Assembly (NCBI GenBank): GCA_964016885.1
Contig: OZ024747.1
Span: 49,166,001-49,230,000 of the forward strand
Length of the DNA stretch: 64,000 nucleotides
Direction: 5' to 3'
Origin: Eledone cirrhosa
Taxonomy: Eukaryota
Both the position numbers and the translations under genes were made by a program. The notes beneath the pieces were generated by a model that was given only the letters and a program-made list of their open reading frames with translations, made no database searches and was not told where the DNA came from. Shown one piece after another: positions 27,128-38,879 of this stretch (its first letter is position 1; each line of letters opens with the position of its first letter).

Positions 27128-27925
27128 AGGGCACAGGTGCCCTCTGGGAAATGGCCATGCTCAGTGTGTAAGAAGGGCGTGGGTATAAATTCTATTCTAT
27201 GCCCCAAATGCAAACTATGGGTACATAAAAGATGTAGTGGGATCACATATAAACTATCTAAGAGTGTAGACTTTATATGTGACCGATGCTCAGGTGCAGT
27301 AAGTAGCAAGGGCCCACTGGATGCTATCTCCTTCAACTGCCCAGATGGTTCTATAGAAATAGTGGACACTTTCCGTTACCTGGGTGATAAAATCAACAGT
27401 GGAGGACGATGCTCTGAAAGTGTAGTAGCCAGAGTTAGAACGGGATGGAAAAAGTTCGGAGAGTTAATACCAGTGTTGGCCACAATGGGTTTTCTCTAAA
27501 AGTGAAAGGCAGATTGTATGATGCTTGTATACAAATGGCGATATTACATGGTAGTGAGACCTGGATGTTGTGTGCTGAAGACCTGCATAGATTAGAAAGA
27601 AATGAAGCTTGCATGCTCCGATGGATGTGTAATAGTAATGTATGTGAGCAGCAAAGCATAAACGAATTGAGAGAGAGACTAAGCATAAGAGGTATCAAAT
27701 GTTGTGTTCTGGAGAGGAGATTGCGTTGGTATGGCCATGTGATGCGTATGAAGGACAACAGCTGTATAAAAAAGTGCAGAGCAATGAAAATTGATGGGAA
27801 GCTACAGAGTGGGTAGACCAAGAAAAACCTGGGACGAGGTGATAAAAACTGACCTTGCTCTCTTACATCTCTCTAAGACAATGTCATTGGATCGAGATCT
27901 TTGGTGCTATGCAGTTATACAGAAT
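27128..27925 (+). mobile_element. 5'-truncated RTE with PHD-like finger
   Basis: ORFs 27137-27499 and 27445-27816, closely similar to 56770-57560. Confidence 0.9.
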
Positions 27926-27927
27926 AG

Positions 27928-28405
27928 CAGTAATGGAGACCTCCAGTGTCATCAGTCGTAATGGAGACCTCCAGTGTTGTAATGGAGACCTCCAGCGTCA
28001 TCAGTCGTAATGGAGACCTCCAGTGTCATCAGTCGTAATGGAGACCTCCAGTGTTGTAATGGAGACCTCCAACGTCATCAGTCATAATGGAGACTTCCAG
28101 TGTTGTAATGGAGACCTCCAGCGTCATCAGTCATAATGGAGACTTCCAGTTTCGTAATGGACACCTCCAGTGCCATCAGTCGTAATGCAGACCTTCAGTT
28201 TATAATGGAGACCTCTGGTGTCATAATGGAGACCTCCAGTGTCGTAATGGAGACCCCCCAGTGTCATAGTGAAGACCTTCAGTGTCATCAGTCGTAATGG
28301 AGACCTCCAGTGTTGTAATGGACACCTCCAGTGTCGTAATGGAGGCCTCCGGTGTCTTAATGGAGACCTCCGGTGTCGTAATGGAGACCTCCAGTGTCTT
28401 CAGTC
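27928..28405. repeat. 21/28-bp minisatellite (gtaatggagacctccagtgtc[atcagtc])n
   Basis: Direct reading. Confidence 0.95.
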
Positions 28406-29464
28406 ATCATCAAAACCTCTATCCTCTGCCTAATTTAAAACCATCTTGCCTGAGGAAGAAGCCCCATTAGTTGGAATGGCTGGTACAGCAGGTTTCGCTG
28501 GTCGTTTTCTGCGGTAATGGTGCGCAGTTTTCCTCTGCCCCATTTCTTTTTCTTTTAACTATTTTTACTATAGCCAAAAGGCCAACAATTTGGGTCAAGG
28601 GGAAAGTCGATTAACTCGATCCCAGGGAGTTACTGGTACTTTATTTTATCGACTCTGTAAGGATAAAAAGCAAAGCTAACCTCGGCGGGATATGAACTCA
28701 GAATGTAAAGGGCCGTAATTCTATGCCGCGAAGCAACAACAATATAAATAAGCAAGAAATCGAATTTGCATTTCAACTCTGAATTATCTCCCCTTAAGTT
28801 ATTACCCTTGAATAAACTTAGTTTTAATAATGCTTTCTTCAAAAGCTTTTCACACAGAATTGTGTCTGAAACTGCATCACACACATGTTCAGAAGGTGTG
28901 AAAATTTTAGAGTACTACAAATCTGGAATAGGGCGATCCTGGAATCATACTCTAGGATCAATATATGATAGATAAGGAGCAAGTCTGATTTTTTAATTTT
29001 TAAGTGCATCTATTATTCTATTTTGTTATCTGTATATGTCAACTATATTTTGTTATCTGTTACATATTATGTCAACTATATTTTATAGACAGAAATTAAG
29101 TAATTGAAAAGGGGAAGGGATAAAGAAGAGCAGATCTGGGTGTATAGGAAAGTAAAGGAAAGGACTATAAATGCCATAAATAAGAGGGAAAGAGCAAGAA
29201 CTATTGGGAGGGGTGACAGACTCTACACCTAGTTCAGGGTGGTGTTTCAGCTGTACCCTGCAGACAAAACTGCAAAGGCATTTCCGTGGATAATGACCAG
29301 CAACACCTGCTGCTCCTTCCTCAAAAGGGGCTGCTGACATTCTGATCTAGTGGAGGAGCTCAGCTGTACAGGGTCTGAGTAAATTTGCAAGACATTGCCA
29401 AACTACTACACAGATTTATAAGGTACCGTGAGGTACTGTCAAGCTCATATTACACAGATGTATA

Positions 29465-29765
29465 AGATATGTGGTACTCTACACAGGTATATGTGGTACT
29501 CTACACAGGTGTGGTATGTGGTACTCTACACAGGTGATATATGAGGTACTCTACACAGGTGTGGTATGTGGTACTCTACACAGGTGTGGTATGTGGTACT
29601 CTACACGGGTGTAGTATGTGGTACTCTACACGGGTGTAGTATGTGGTACTCTACACAGGTGATATATGTGGTACTCTACACAGGTGATATATGTGGTACT
29701 CTACACAGGTGTGATATGAGATACTCTACACAGGTGGTATATGTGGTACTCTACACAGGTATATA
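29465..29765. repeat. Minisatellite of about 25 bp (gtggtactctacacaggtg...)
   Basis: Direct reading, about 12 units. Confidence 0.95.
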
Positions 29766-30304
29766 AGGTACCATGAGGTACTTCTAAACTGATATTCCAT
29801 AGCAGAAGATAATCTGGTCAGGTAATAATTAGTCAGGGAGTGAGTGAAACAAATTTTGGTTATGTGTATTTAATGTTTTTTAATTAATTAATAAATTAAT
29901 TAATTAAAAATATTATCCCCAAATGATTACCTTGTAACAGTGGATCATATTCTGTGTGGTTTATGAGTAAATAACAAGAAAAAAAAATTAGATAAATTAA
30001 ATAAAATCAACAAAAAAAATAAGACCAAACAATAATATCAATATGAACAACACAGCAAAAACAAAAACAAAATAACGTTTTCCTTCGTATTATTATTATT
30101 ATTATTATTATATTATTATTATTATGGACGCAAATGTGTGAAGACGTTACAAGTCTGCGGGATAAAAGGTTTGTAATTTTAAGCTGTTTTAAAGTATCAT
30201 TTTGTGTATTTCCTTGTCGATAATGAAGCAAGAAAATAGAGGAGACCTCTCAATAATCAGGCTTTAAGCCCGAATATTCTGATTTCGAAAAATCGCTTCG
30301 AAAA

Positions 30305-30660
30305 ATAGAAAGAAGGAGGAGCTAGTAGATAAGTTAGACGAGGCTATTTATAGTGGCATTGCAACGGATGTGCTAGCGGCGAGAATGGCATTAGACCATT
30401 TCTTCAAAGCGAAACATGAAGGTTGCATTGTCAGAGCTAAGGTGTGAAAAACGAGGGAACCAAAGGTGTTCGATGGGCCCCAGCGTGGTAATAAAACCAC
30501 AATTCGGTCTTTGGAGGAACGAGACGGACATGAGATAAGCGATTCCAAGCAGATGTGTGAGGCCTTTCGCCAGCACTTTGCTCAATTGTTCAGGGAGAGT
30601 GGCAGATCAGAGACAGTAGCGCTGTGAAAGGCCGATTACTTCAGCCAAAATTCAGGAGAT
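30305..30660 (+). mobile_element. Tx1/L1 ORF2 internal fragment
   Basis: Homologous to the reverse complement of 1480-1590 (ggtaataaaaccacaattcggtcttt...gcctttcgccagcacttt). Confidence 0.75.
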
Positions 30661-31439
30661 TGTTCACATCAAACACTTTACACAGTTACAAGTATATCAT
30701 TTGCTTTATAAACATGAACTTTATCTATTTAAAATCATATTTACAACAGAATGATAATCATATAAGAGTGTTCGATTATTTATGACTTACATAATTATAG
30801 AATATAATGAAATAAGGAACCTTTATGTCAAATTTATAGAAACATATTGAGGTGGAGATTCAGTTACAAAGTTTGGATATTACAGATCTATTAGGAAGGA
30901 AAGTTGTATGTTCTTTATATATTGAGCAGAGAAACAGAATCGAATAAAGATATGTTGTTATAAACACTGCATATAGACTACCTGTAATAAATAATTTTTA
31001 ATTTATTCAGGTCCAGAGAATAAAGGCAATGAAATGACATCATCATCATCATCATCATTTAACGTCTATCTTCCACGCTATCATGGGTTAGGTTTCTCCC
31101 CAGTTCGTGACTGGTACTTTATTTTATCGACCCCGTAAGGATGAAAGGCAAAGTTAACCTCGGCGGCATTTGAACTCAGATCATAAAGGGCCGTAACTCA
31201 AAGTGCCGTAACTCAAAGCATAGCGTCCGGCCCTCTACCGATACTGCCAATCCAGCCAATGATAAAATTTTCAAGTTAAAACAGCTGTCTAATAAAATGG
31301 GAGTAACTGAAATTAAAAATCATATTATGCTTTGTGTGTATATATATATCATCGTCATTTTACGTCCGCTTTTCCCTGCTTGCAAGAGGGTGGAAATATA
31401 ATACATATATATATATATACAGGGAGTGTAACGTGAAGT

Positions 31440-31600
31440 TACTGTAGGTTCACCCAGGTGAGCACACAATGTTTAGATTGAATGGAGAAGGCGTTTCCTC
31501 GGAGGACGGCAAAGGAGACGCACTGGAAAAGCCACCCCAACTCGCGGGGCTCACACCTACAGCTGGCCAGCTCAGCGCCTATGGTGGTGAGTAAGGAGGT
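31440..31600 (-). mobile_element. CRE-clade LINE extreme 3' fragment
   Basis: EPRELGWLFQCVSFAVLRGNAFSI resembles the CRE C-terminal QRxSxAxQRGNA motif. Confidence 0.6.
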
Positions 31601-32341
31601 ATTAGTTAAATACCATTCTTTCATCTCATACTGTCCACACATATATATATCATTAAACATGTTTAGATTTACGTCTGTAGCAATGATTTGTTATGGCTTC
31701 ATAATGTTTATTGATTGGTGACACATGCTATTGATTAGCTCAAGGTTCGATTTGTATCGATCTGCCCCGACTCTGGAATCAAAAGCTCGTTGGACATTTT
31801 CTGTTGTAATAACAGAATGAAAAGCTAATATGGATCAATTAAAAGAATAAATTAAAGAGTACTAACCATCCAATAATAACTACCTATCCCCTATGATACT
31901 GTCATTACAATAGCAGAGGTCCAATGAGGTTTTGATTCCAGAGTCGGGGCAGATCGATACAGATCAAACCTTGAGCTGATCAATAGCAAAACATGCGTGA
32001 CCAATCAATAAACATGATGAAGGCATAACAAATTTTCCTTGTATTATTATATATATATATCAGTATATAGAGAGAAGTACACATAGGGGTATGTGTTTAT
32101 TCATAGGGATAGATAGTTATTATTGGATGGTTAGTACTCTTTAATTTATTCTTTTAATTGATCTGTATTAGTCTTTCCTTTCATAAACACTCTGGTGGCT
32201 TTCTTTCCCCTATAATTAAACACATACCTCTATGTGTACTTCTCTCTATATACTGATTTATAAGGAGCCCAGAATCTGTTCATTAAGCTCATTAAATTAT
32301 ATATAGGGATTAATGTGAGTCTTTAACTCCGTTTTTTAATT

Positions 32342-32377
<36 letters not shown>

Positions 32378-32382
<5 letters not shown>

Positions 32383-32620
32383 TTCAAAATATTAACAAAA
32401 TAGATATTCTTGTGATTAAGTATATTTTATTATACATATTTCAGAGGTACTGAGTTAACTTCAACAGTACATCCTCATCAGATAAAATAAGATGATGCAT
32501 GACATACCCTGACATAGTAGATGGTTCAGATTCAGTCATACTTCCATGACTGAAATATGTATAATAAAATATACTTGATCACAAGAATATCTATTTTGTT
32601 AATATTTTGAATTAATATTA
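32378..32620. mobile_element. Inverted Penelope-like pLTR pair next to (TA)n
   Basis: 32378-32443 and 32550-32616 are reverse complements; minus-strand hammerhead in the left arm. Confidence 0.65.
32423..32490 (-). ncRNA. Type I hammerhead ribozyme motif
   Basis: Minus strand: ttttatCTGATGAggatgtactg..cagtacctctGAAAtatgTAtaataaaata. Confidence 0.7.
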
Positions 32621-32705
32621 ATAACTCTGGAAAACCATTCCTGTTGAGTGATTCCATTCTATTGTACAACTCATTCTTTGATTTATTCATTGAACCGTGT
32701 TTAAC

Positions 32706-32736
<31 letters not shown>

Positions 32737-32887
32737 CGTGGGAAAGTAAAAAATCGGAGAATAGACCGTTAAAACATGTTTATTTAAAACAGCACCTACG
32801 TACGTTTCGCCCAGTTGGCATACGCTACTTGGCAAATAACTATATGTATCACCTATCCCCCTTTTTTTCTCTTTCTCAATACGTAAA

Positions 32888-32924
<37 letters not shown>

Positions 32925-32999
32925 GACTATACGGTGAATCTTGTGATTCTGGAATTTCATTTGAGCACTCACAGGATCATCAAAAGCTTTAGTTACTAA

Positions 33000-33610
33000 A
33001 GGGAAGGACTCAATTGCAAAATGAGAAATAGTCTTGTTTGGCATGCATAAAAGGTAGAAATTACATGCAGTGTACCAATTTTAAACTTTAAATGTACAAG
33101 AGATGTAATGGGATCACTAGCAGTAAGCTGAAAGGGAAGTAAAACTTCATGTGGAATAGTTAGCAGTAAAAGCAAATATACAGAAGGCTCCATAAATATA
33201 GTGAATAGTTTAGCTTCTCTCAATTTATAATATATGTGAACAATCCATAAGCATAGCAGTCAGAATAAGAAAGGGGTGGCAACATTCACAGAGTCGTTAC
33301 CTTTTCTGGCAACAAATAGATTGCTTGTACATGAAGTGCAATGATACATGATAGTAAAACTTGGATATAAAAGTAGAGAATGGGTGAAAACTAGGAAGTG
33401 ATGAAAGGATCACGCTCAGCTAGATGTGTAGTGTTAGTGCACATGAAATGAGCTGAGAGAGAAAAACGAACATTAAGATGAATCAGATGTAGTGTACAAC
33501 AGAGAAGACTGTGCTGATGTGGACAAATGATGCACATAGATGATGACAGTTGTATAAAAAAAAGTGCCAAGTAATCAAAGTGGAGGAAACTTGTGGAAGA
33601 AGATATGCAC
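33000..33610 (+). mobile_element. Highly decayed RTE 3' fragment
   Basis: cagatgtagtgtacaacagagaagactgtgctgatgtggac..gatgacagttgtataaaaaaaagtgcc matches the RTE C-terminal region. Confidence 0.55.
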
Positions 33611-34415
33611 AGAAGAATGTGAGTGTGACTGTCCTGAGTAATGTAGAAGCTATCGCTGTGGGTACAAGAAGATGTAACTGTGTGTATGTGCATGTGCGGA
33701 AGGGGTGGTTATCAGAGTTCAAATGGATAAGTTATTCACATGTGTAAAATGCTACGAATTATCACAGTTAAACCATTAACCTGTATGTGATTTTTTTTAT
33801 GCCCAGATGTTTTTATCCACTGCAGAATGGAACCTCAACGATAATAGATGAGTCTGAATTTAGAGTACAAATCATCTTGTTTGATACTCCACCAGTGAAA
33901 CACATCTGGAGTGGTACTTTATTGATTCCAGAAGGTTAGAAAACAAAGTTGACCGGAGCAGAAATAGTAAGTGAATTACCTCCCTTTAATTATTATTATT
34001 ATTTGTTATAATCGTTCTGTGAGTGATCTCCCTTGTCCCAACACTGTACTTGCTAATTAATCGGATGACTATGTTGTTATACCAGCCATGTTGTTTGTTG
34101 TGTGTTTCTAACTAAACTGGCTAACTGAAGATATCGATATCTCTCACATGTTCATGAAACCAATACATTTAATCAGCTTGATTTTGGCGAATATATGCAA
34201 ATGAGATAATCACCTTATTTACACAGGTGAGAAAACCATATATTTTCACCTGTTTTCAAGTCCAGCAGTCGCTAGAGTAGGAGGGATCGTCCTAATGAGA
34301 ACCACTTAAGTCAAGACAACCAAAAAGTCAAGACAAAAGATTTTATCCACAGATTTTGTGTAATCCAGGGAAAAAACCAATAGAATCTTAACTCAGAATA
34401 AAATTAAGATGGACA

Positions 34416-34451
<36 letters not shown>

Positions 34452-34714
34452 TGTGTGTGTATATATATATATATAAGTGTGGGTGTGTGAGAGAAAGAGA
34501 GATTCCCAGGTTCAATCGGGGATAACCACAGTTAGAAAGGTACTCAATACTTAGTAGAGTGTAAACATCATATTTGATATAGAAATGGCTTCTACAGGAC
34601 TAGAACTATTTCAATCAAAAGAAATCATGTTCTAGTCCTGTAGAACCCATTTATATATATATATATATATATATATAGTTGTTTGCTTTGTTATTTCTGT
34701 TTGTCGTTTGCATG

Positions 34715-34745
<31 letters not shown>

Positions 34746-34820
34746 TGTCTATCTAATAGACATAACAATAACTATATCTAATAATCAAACAAGAAATATA
34801 ATTTAAATATTACACTCTAA

Positions 34821-34853
<33 letters not shown>

Positions 34854-34873
34854 TATAATAATAATAATAAATA

Positions 34874-35697
34874 TTGGCATCCTCTGGACTGAAATCGGAG
34901 ACTGAAGGACTGATTATATCCGCACAAGATCAGTGTCTGCCAACAAAAAATTACCAAGCCAACATAATAAAAAATGGGTGCAGCCCATTATGCCGTGTAT
35001 GCAAAAAACAACCAGAGACCATTGACCATATAATTTCAATGTGCAGTCCTATAGCTCCAACCGAATACCTAAACAGGCATGACAGAGCTGCACAATACAT
35101 ACATTGGATAATGTGTAAGCATTTTGACCTGCCCCATCAAAAGAATTGGTGGGAACATCAACCACCTCCCATACTTGAAAAAGATCACATCTCAATCTTG
35201 TGGAACTTTAGCATCCAAACAGACCGAAAAATAGATGCAAATAGACCTGATATAATATTGAAGGACTTTCAAAGGAGGGTATGCCTGCTAATTGATATGT
35301 CTGTTCCAATAGACAAGAATGTATCTATAAAAACATTTGAAAAATTGAGCAAGTATAAGGACCTGGAGATAGAAATTGGAAAAATGTGGAAATTGAGAAC
35401 TAAAACAATACCAGTGGTTGTAGGCGCTCTGGGAATGATACCTAAGGGGTCTAACGACTACTTATCGCAAATCCCAGGAAACCCGCGTATAGGAGAAATA
35501 CAAAAGATAGTACTAATGGGAACTGCCCATATACTAAGGAAGATCCTGTCAATATAAGTACATCACAAGTCTAAACACTAAGGATGCATGTGTGAATATG
35601 TATGTTCTTTCTTGAACATGGCGGACCTTGTTGTCTCTTGAGGTCACTGGTTGTGACTTGGTGATAACTCGTATAAACATAAAGCAAGATAAATGCA
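34874..35697 (+). mobile_element. 5'-truncated R4/Dong-like LINE (CCHC plus restriction-like endonuclease) inside (AAT)n
   Basis: ORF 34874-35557: AQDQ, CRVC..ETIDHIISMC, RHD, RPDIILKD..LIDMSVP, K..KYKDL, PVVVGALG; (AAT)n on both sides. Confidence 0.85.
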
Positions 35698-36837
35698 AAT
35701 AATAATAATAATAATAATGACAACAATAATGCTAAGCAACGCTTCTTTTTTTTTTTTGACACATGCAAACAAAATATTTGTTTAAACATAGAATCGGTTT
35801 TCTGTACCTGCTGGTGGACCGTATGTAGAACCATAATTGACTGGATATTGTGCTGCACAGATGTTGGAATAGAAACAAAAACAATATGCAAGATGCACCA
35901 ATTTTAGTTTAGAAAGAAAATGGAATAATTAAAGCAGAGAGAAGTAAAAGAACAAACATAATTATAATTAAAGACAAGTCAGTAAATTTTTGTTGTTGTT
36001 ACAGCTCACACATGTGTAAGGTTTAGCTAGCTTCCTATGGAAGGTTGCATCTCATGGAAGGGTTCACAGATGTTTTAGATAGAGACCTACAATCCTACCA
36101 TAAAAGGACTTTTTCACACATTTGGCTGGATGACAGTTTATTGCTGGAGTCAACCCCCAATTGCTGCTGCTACTGCTGTTGCTACTCACTTTTTTCAGCT
36201 GAACAGACTCTAGCAATGTGAGATAAAGTATCTTGTTCAAGAAAACAATGGGCCAAGAATAAAAAGCATGACCAGCATTGCAACCACTCAGACATGCACA
36301 TTCATCATCATCACCATTTTACATCCGTCGTTCTTCCACACTAGCATGGGTTAGACGGGTTGTCCTGTTGTAGGCAGTGTCCGGTCGGCTGACCTTGTTT
36401 TGCTCATACAAGAACTGATTCTGGCTTGCTTTTTACAGCTGGATGCCCTTCCTAACACCAACTTCATTTACAGTGAGTGCTGGGTGCTTTTTTTCCATGG
36501 CACCTCCACGTCCACTTTACAGTGTGGACTGGGTACTTTTTTGCCGTGGCACCTCCACGTCCACTTTACAGTGTGGACTGGGTACTTTTTTGCCGTGGCA
36601 CCTCCACGACCACTTTGCAATGGAATGATATGGACTCAAAAAGTCCTGTCCAGCCCATGCCAACATGGATAAGTCAACATAAAAATATTTTATGAAAAAA
36701 TTACTATGATTTCTAATTTAGGAACAAGGCCAACAAATTTGTGGTAGAGGGCAAAGCTGATTAAATCAACCTAAGTATTTAACTGGTACTTTATTTTATT
36801 GACTCCAGAAGAATGAGAGGGAAAGTTGACCTCAGTG

Positions 36838-37022
36838 GAAGAAGAAGAAGAAGAAGAAGAAGAAGAAGGCAAAGAAGAAGAAGAAGAATAAGGCAAAGAA
36901 GAAGGCAAAGAAGAAGAAGAAGAATAAGGCAAAGAAGAAGGCAAAGAAGAAGAAGAATAAGGCAAAGAAGAAGAAGAAGAATAAGGCAAAGAAGAAGAAG
37001 AAGAAGAAGAAGAAGAAGAAGA
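36838..37022. repeat. Compound (GAA)n / (taa)ggcaaa microsatellite
   Basis: Direct reading. Confidence 0.95.
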
Positions 37023-37120
37023 TAGACTATCCAAGGAATAGACTATAGTGATAGACTATCCAAGGAAAATTCAACAGATATGGTATGTTCCTTGGCTATG
37101 TCAAAATTTATAAAACACAC

Positions 37121-37186
37121 TTTCTATTTTATCTGATGAAAGCGTACCAAAGTTTTTGGTACCCTTGAAATATATATAATAGAATA
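37121..37186 (+). ncRNA. Type I hammerhead ribozyme motif
   Basis: ttctattttat CTGATGA(37133-39) aag cgtaccaa..ttggtac cctt GAAA tata TA taatagaa. Confidence 0.7.
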
Positions 37187-37797
37187 AATATTGTTTTATA
37201 AATATAGTTTCCATTTATTTAATATCATTATATAAATCCTAAATATATATTCTCCTGAATTTTTGTTTTATAAACTGTCTGTTTAGAATATTCAGTGATG
37301 TGAGTTATTAAAAATAACTATTTTCTGTCTTAGGATGGAAACTTCCAGTGAAAGTATAGAATTACAACGATAAAAGTTGAATATAAAGATGTAAGATAAA
37401 GATAAAGATGTATCTATGGTGAAACGAAAGGCAGTTGTATTGACTTCTTCACTGTTATAAACAAAAGATTGTTATGAATCGAGGTGATATAACATGTTAT
37501 GTACTGAATGATAATTGTATAACTGATAAAATACAAAACATTTTAGTGTTATATAATAGATATTGCAATGATAAAATAACGAAAATAGTGGGGGGGGGCA
37601 TGTAGGGAATATGTGGGATACGTTTATATTGTAGATTAATTAAGGTTCAATAACAATACAAAACAAAGATAATATAAAAATCATAATAAATATGTAACAT
37701 AGTTGAAGTTCAATTTTTGTTAAGTTAGAAATACGATTATAACATATATATATATACAATATATTAACAAATGGAAACTATAATCATAAAACCATAT

Positions 37798-37870
37798 TTA
37801 TTTCATTATACATATTTCAAGGGCCACCAAGGTAAACTATGATGCGCTTTCATCAGATAAAATATAATAT
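37798..37870 (-). ncRNA. Type I hammerhead ribozyme motif (left arm of palindrome)
   Basis: tcatcag at 37850-37856; reverse complement of the 37956-38028 motif. Confidence 0.7.
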
Positions 37871-37955
37871 AGGTTAGTTTTATAAATAAATATTGACATA
37901 CCCTTAAAAAATGCAACCATTCTGGTATGTCAATATTTATTTATAAAACTAACCT

Positions 37956-38028
37956 ATATTATATTTTATCTGATGAAAGCGCACCATAGTTTACCTTGGT
38001 GGCCCTTGAAATATGTATAATGAAATAA
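37956..38028 (+). ncRNA. Type I hammerhead ribozyme motif (right arm of palindrome)
   Basis: CTGATGA 37970-76, aag..cacca/tggtg..ctt, GAAA 38008-11, ATATGT+A. Confidence 0.7.
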
Positions 38029-38146
38029 ATATGGTTTTATAAATATAGTTTCCATTTGTTAATATATTGTATATTTACTCCAATAATTTGTTGAGTGCTT
38101 TATATCAGTTATAAAAATATTTTGCTTGTTGTTAATTAAATATAAC

Positions 38147-38188
<42 letters not shown>

Positions 38189-38231
38189 CGAAATGTTAAC
38201 AAATAAAAAATATTCTCATAATCAAAATATA

Positions 38232-38298
38232 TACTTTATTATATATATTTCAAAGGTACTGTGTTGTTTTTTCAGTACGTCCTCATCAGACAAAATGT
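38232..38298 (-). ncRNA. Type I hammerhead ribozyme motif
   Basis: Minus strand: ttttgtCTGATGAggacgtactg..cagtaccttt GAAA tata TA taataaag. Confidence 0.65.
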
Positions 38299-38879
38299 AT
38301 GATTTTGATATGACATACCACTACGGTCTTGATTATTCAATTCCAGTATTGGCAATACTGGAATTGAATAATCAAGACCGTTAACATTTCGAATAATATT
38401 AAAAACACTGTTGAGTGCTTCTAATCTATTGTAAAATTGTATTCGTTGAGTAATCAATGAACCATACTAATCTTTGGTTATATATATATATAACCAAAGA
38501 TTATTCATTTATATATATATATATATATAAATGAAGTATTTCCATCGGAAAGGTACAGGAAAAAAGAGTGCCGTATGTAGGCTACAAAGCTTATTAGCTA
38601 TGTAATAAACAACATAAGATAATTATTTCATAATTATCTTATGTTGTTTATTACATAACTATATATATATAAACTTGTTGCACATTTTATCTGTTGTTTA
38701 TTTCTCATAGTAATGAAAATAAAAACGAAATTTGTTTTTGCTCTAACACAGCAGATACATTCTTGAGTTTTATATCAAATTATAATAGAACAAAAGGATG
38801 ATGATAGATATCTAAAACACATGACATTATGAGGCTGTTTGCAAATGAATCGAATATTAATATTATTATATTAATATTA

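Noticed and set aside
34120-34165. ctgaaga...gaaac as a hammerhead
   Set aside because: No convincing stem II or stem III pairing.
36771-37034. Arg-rich protamine-like or Ser-rich ORFs
   Set aside because: Translation of a (GAA)n compound microsatellite.
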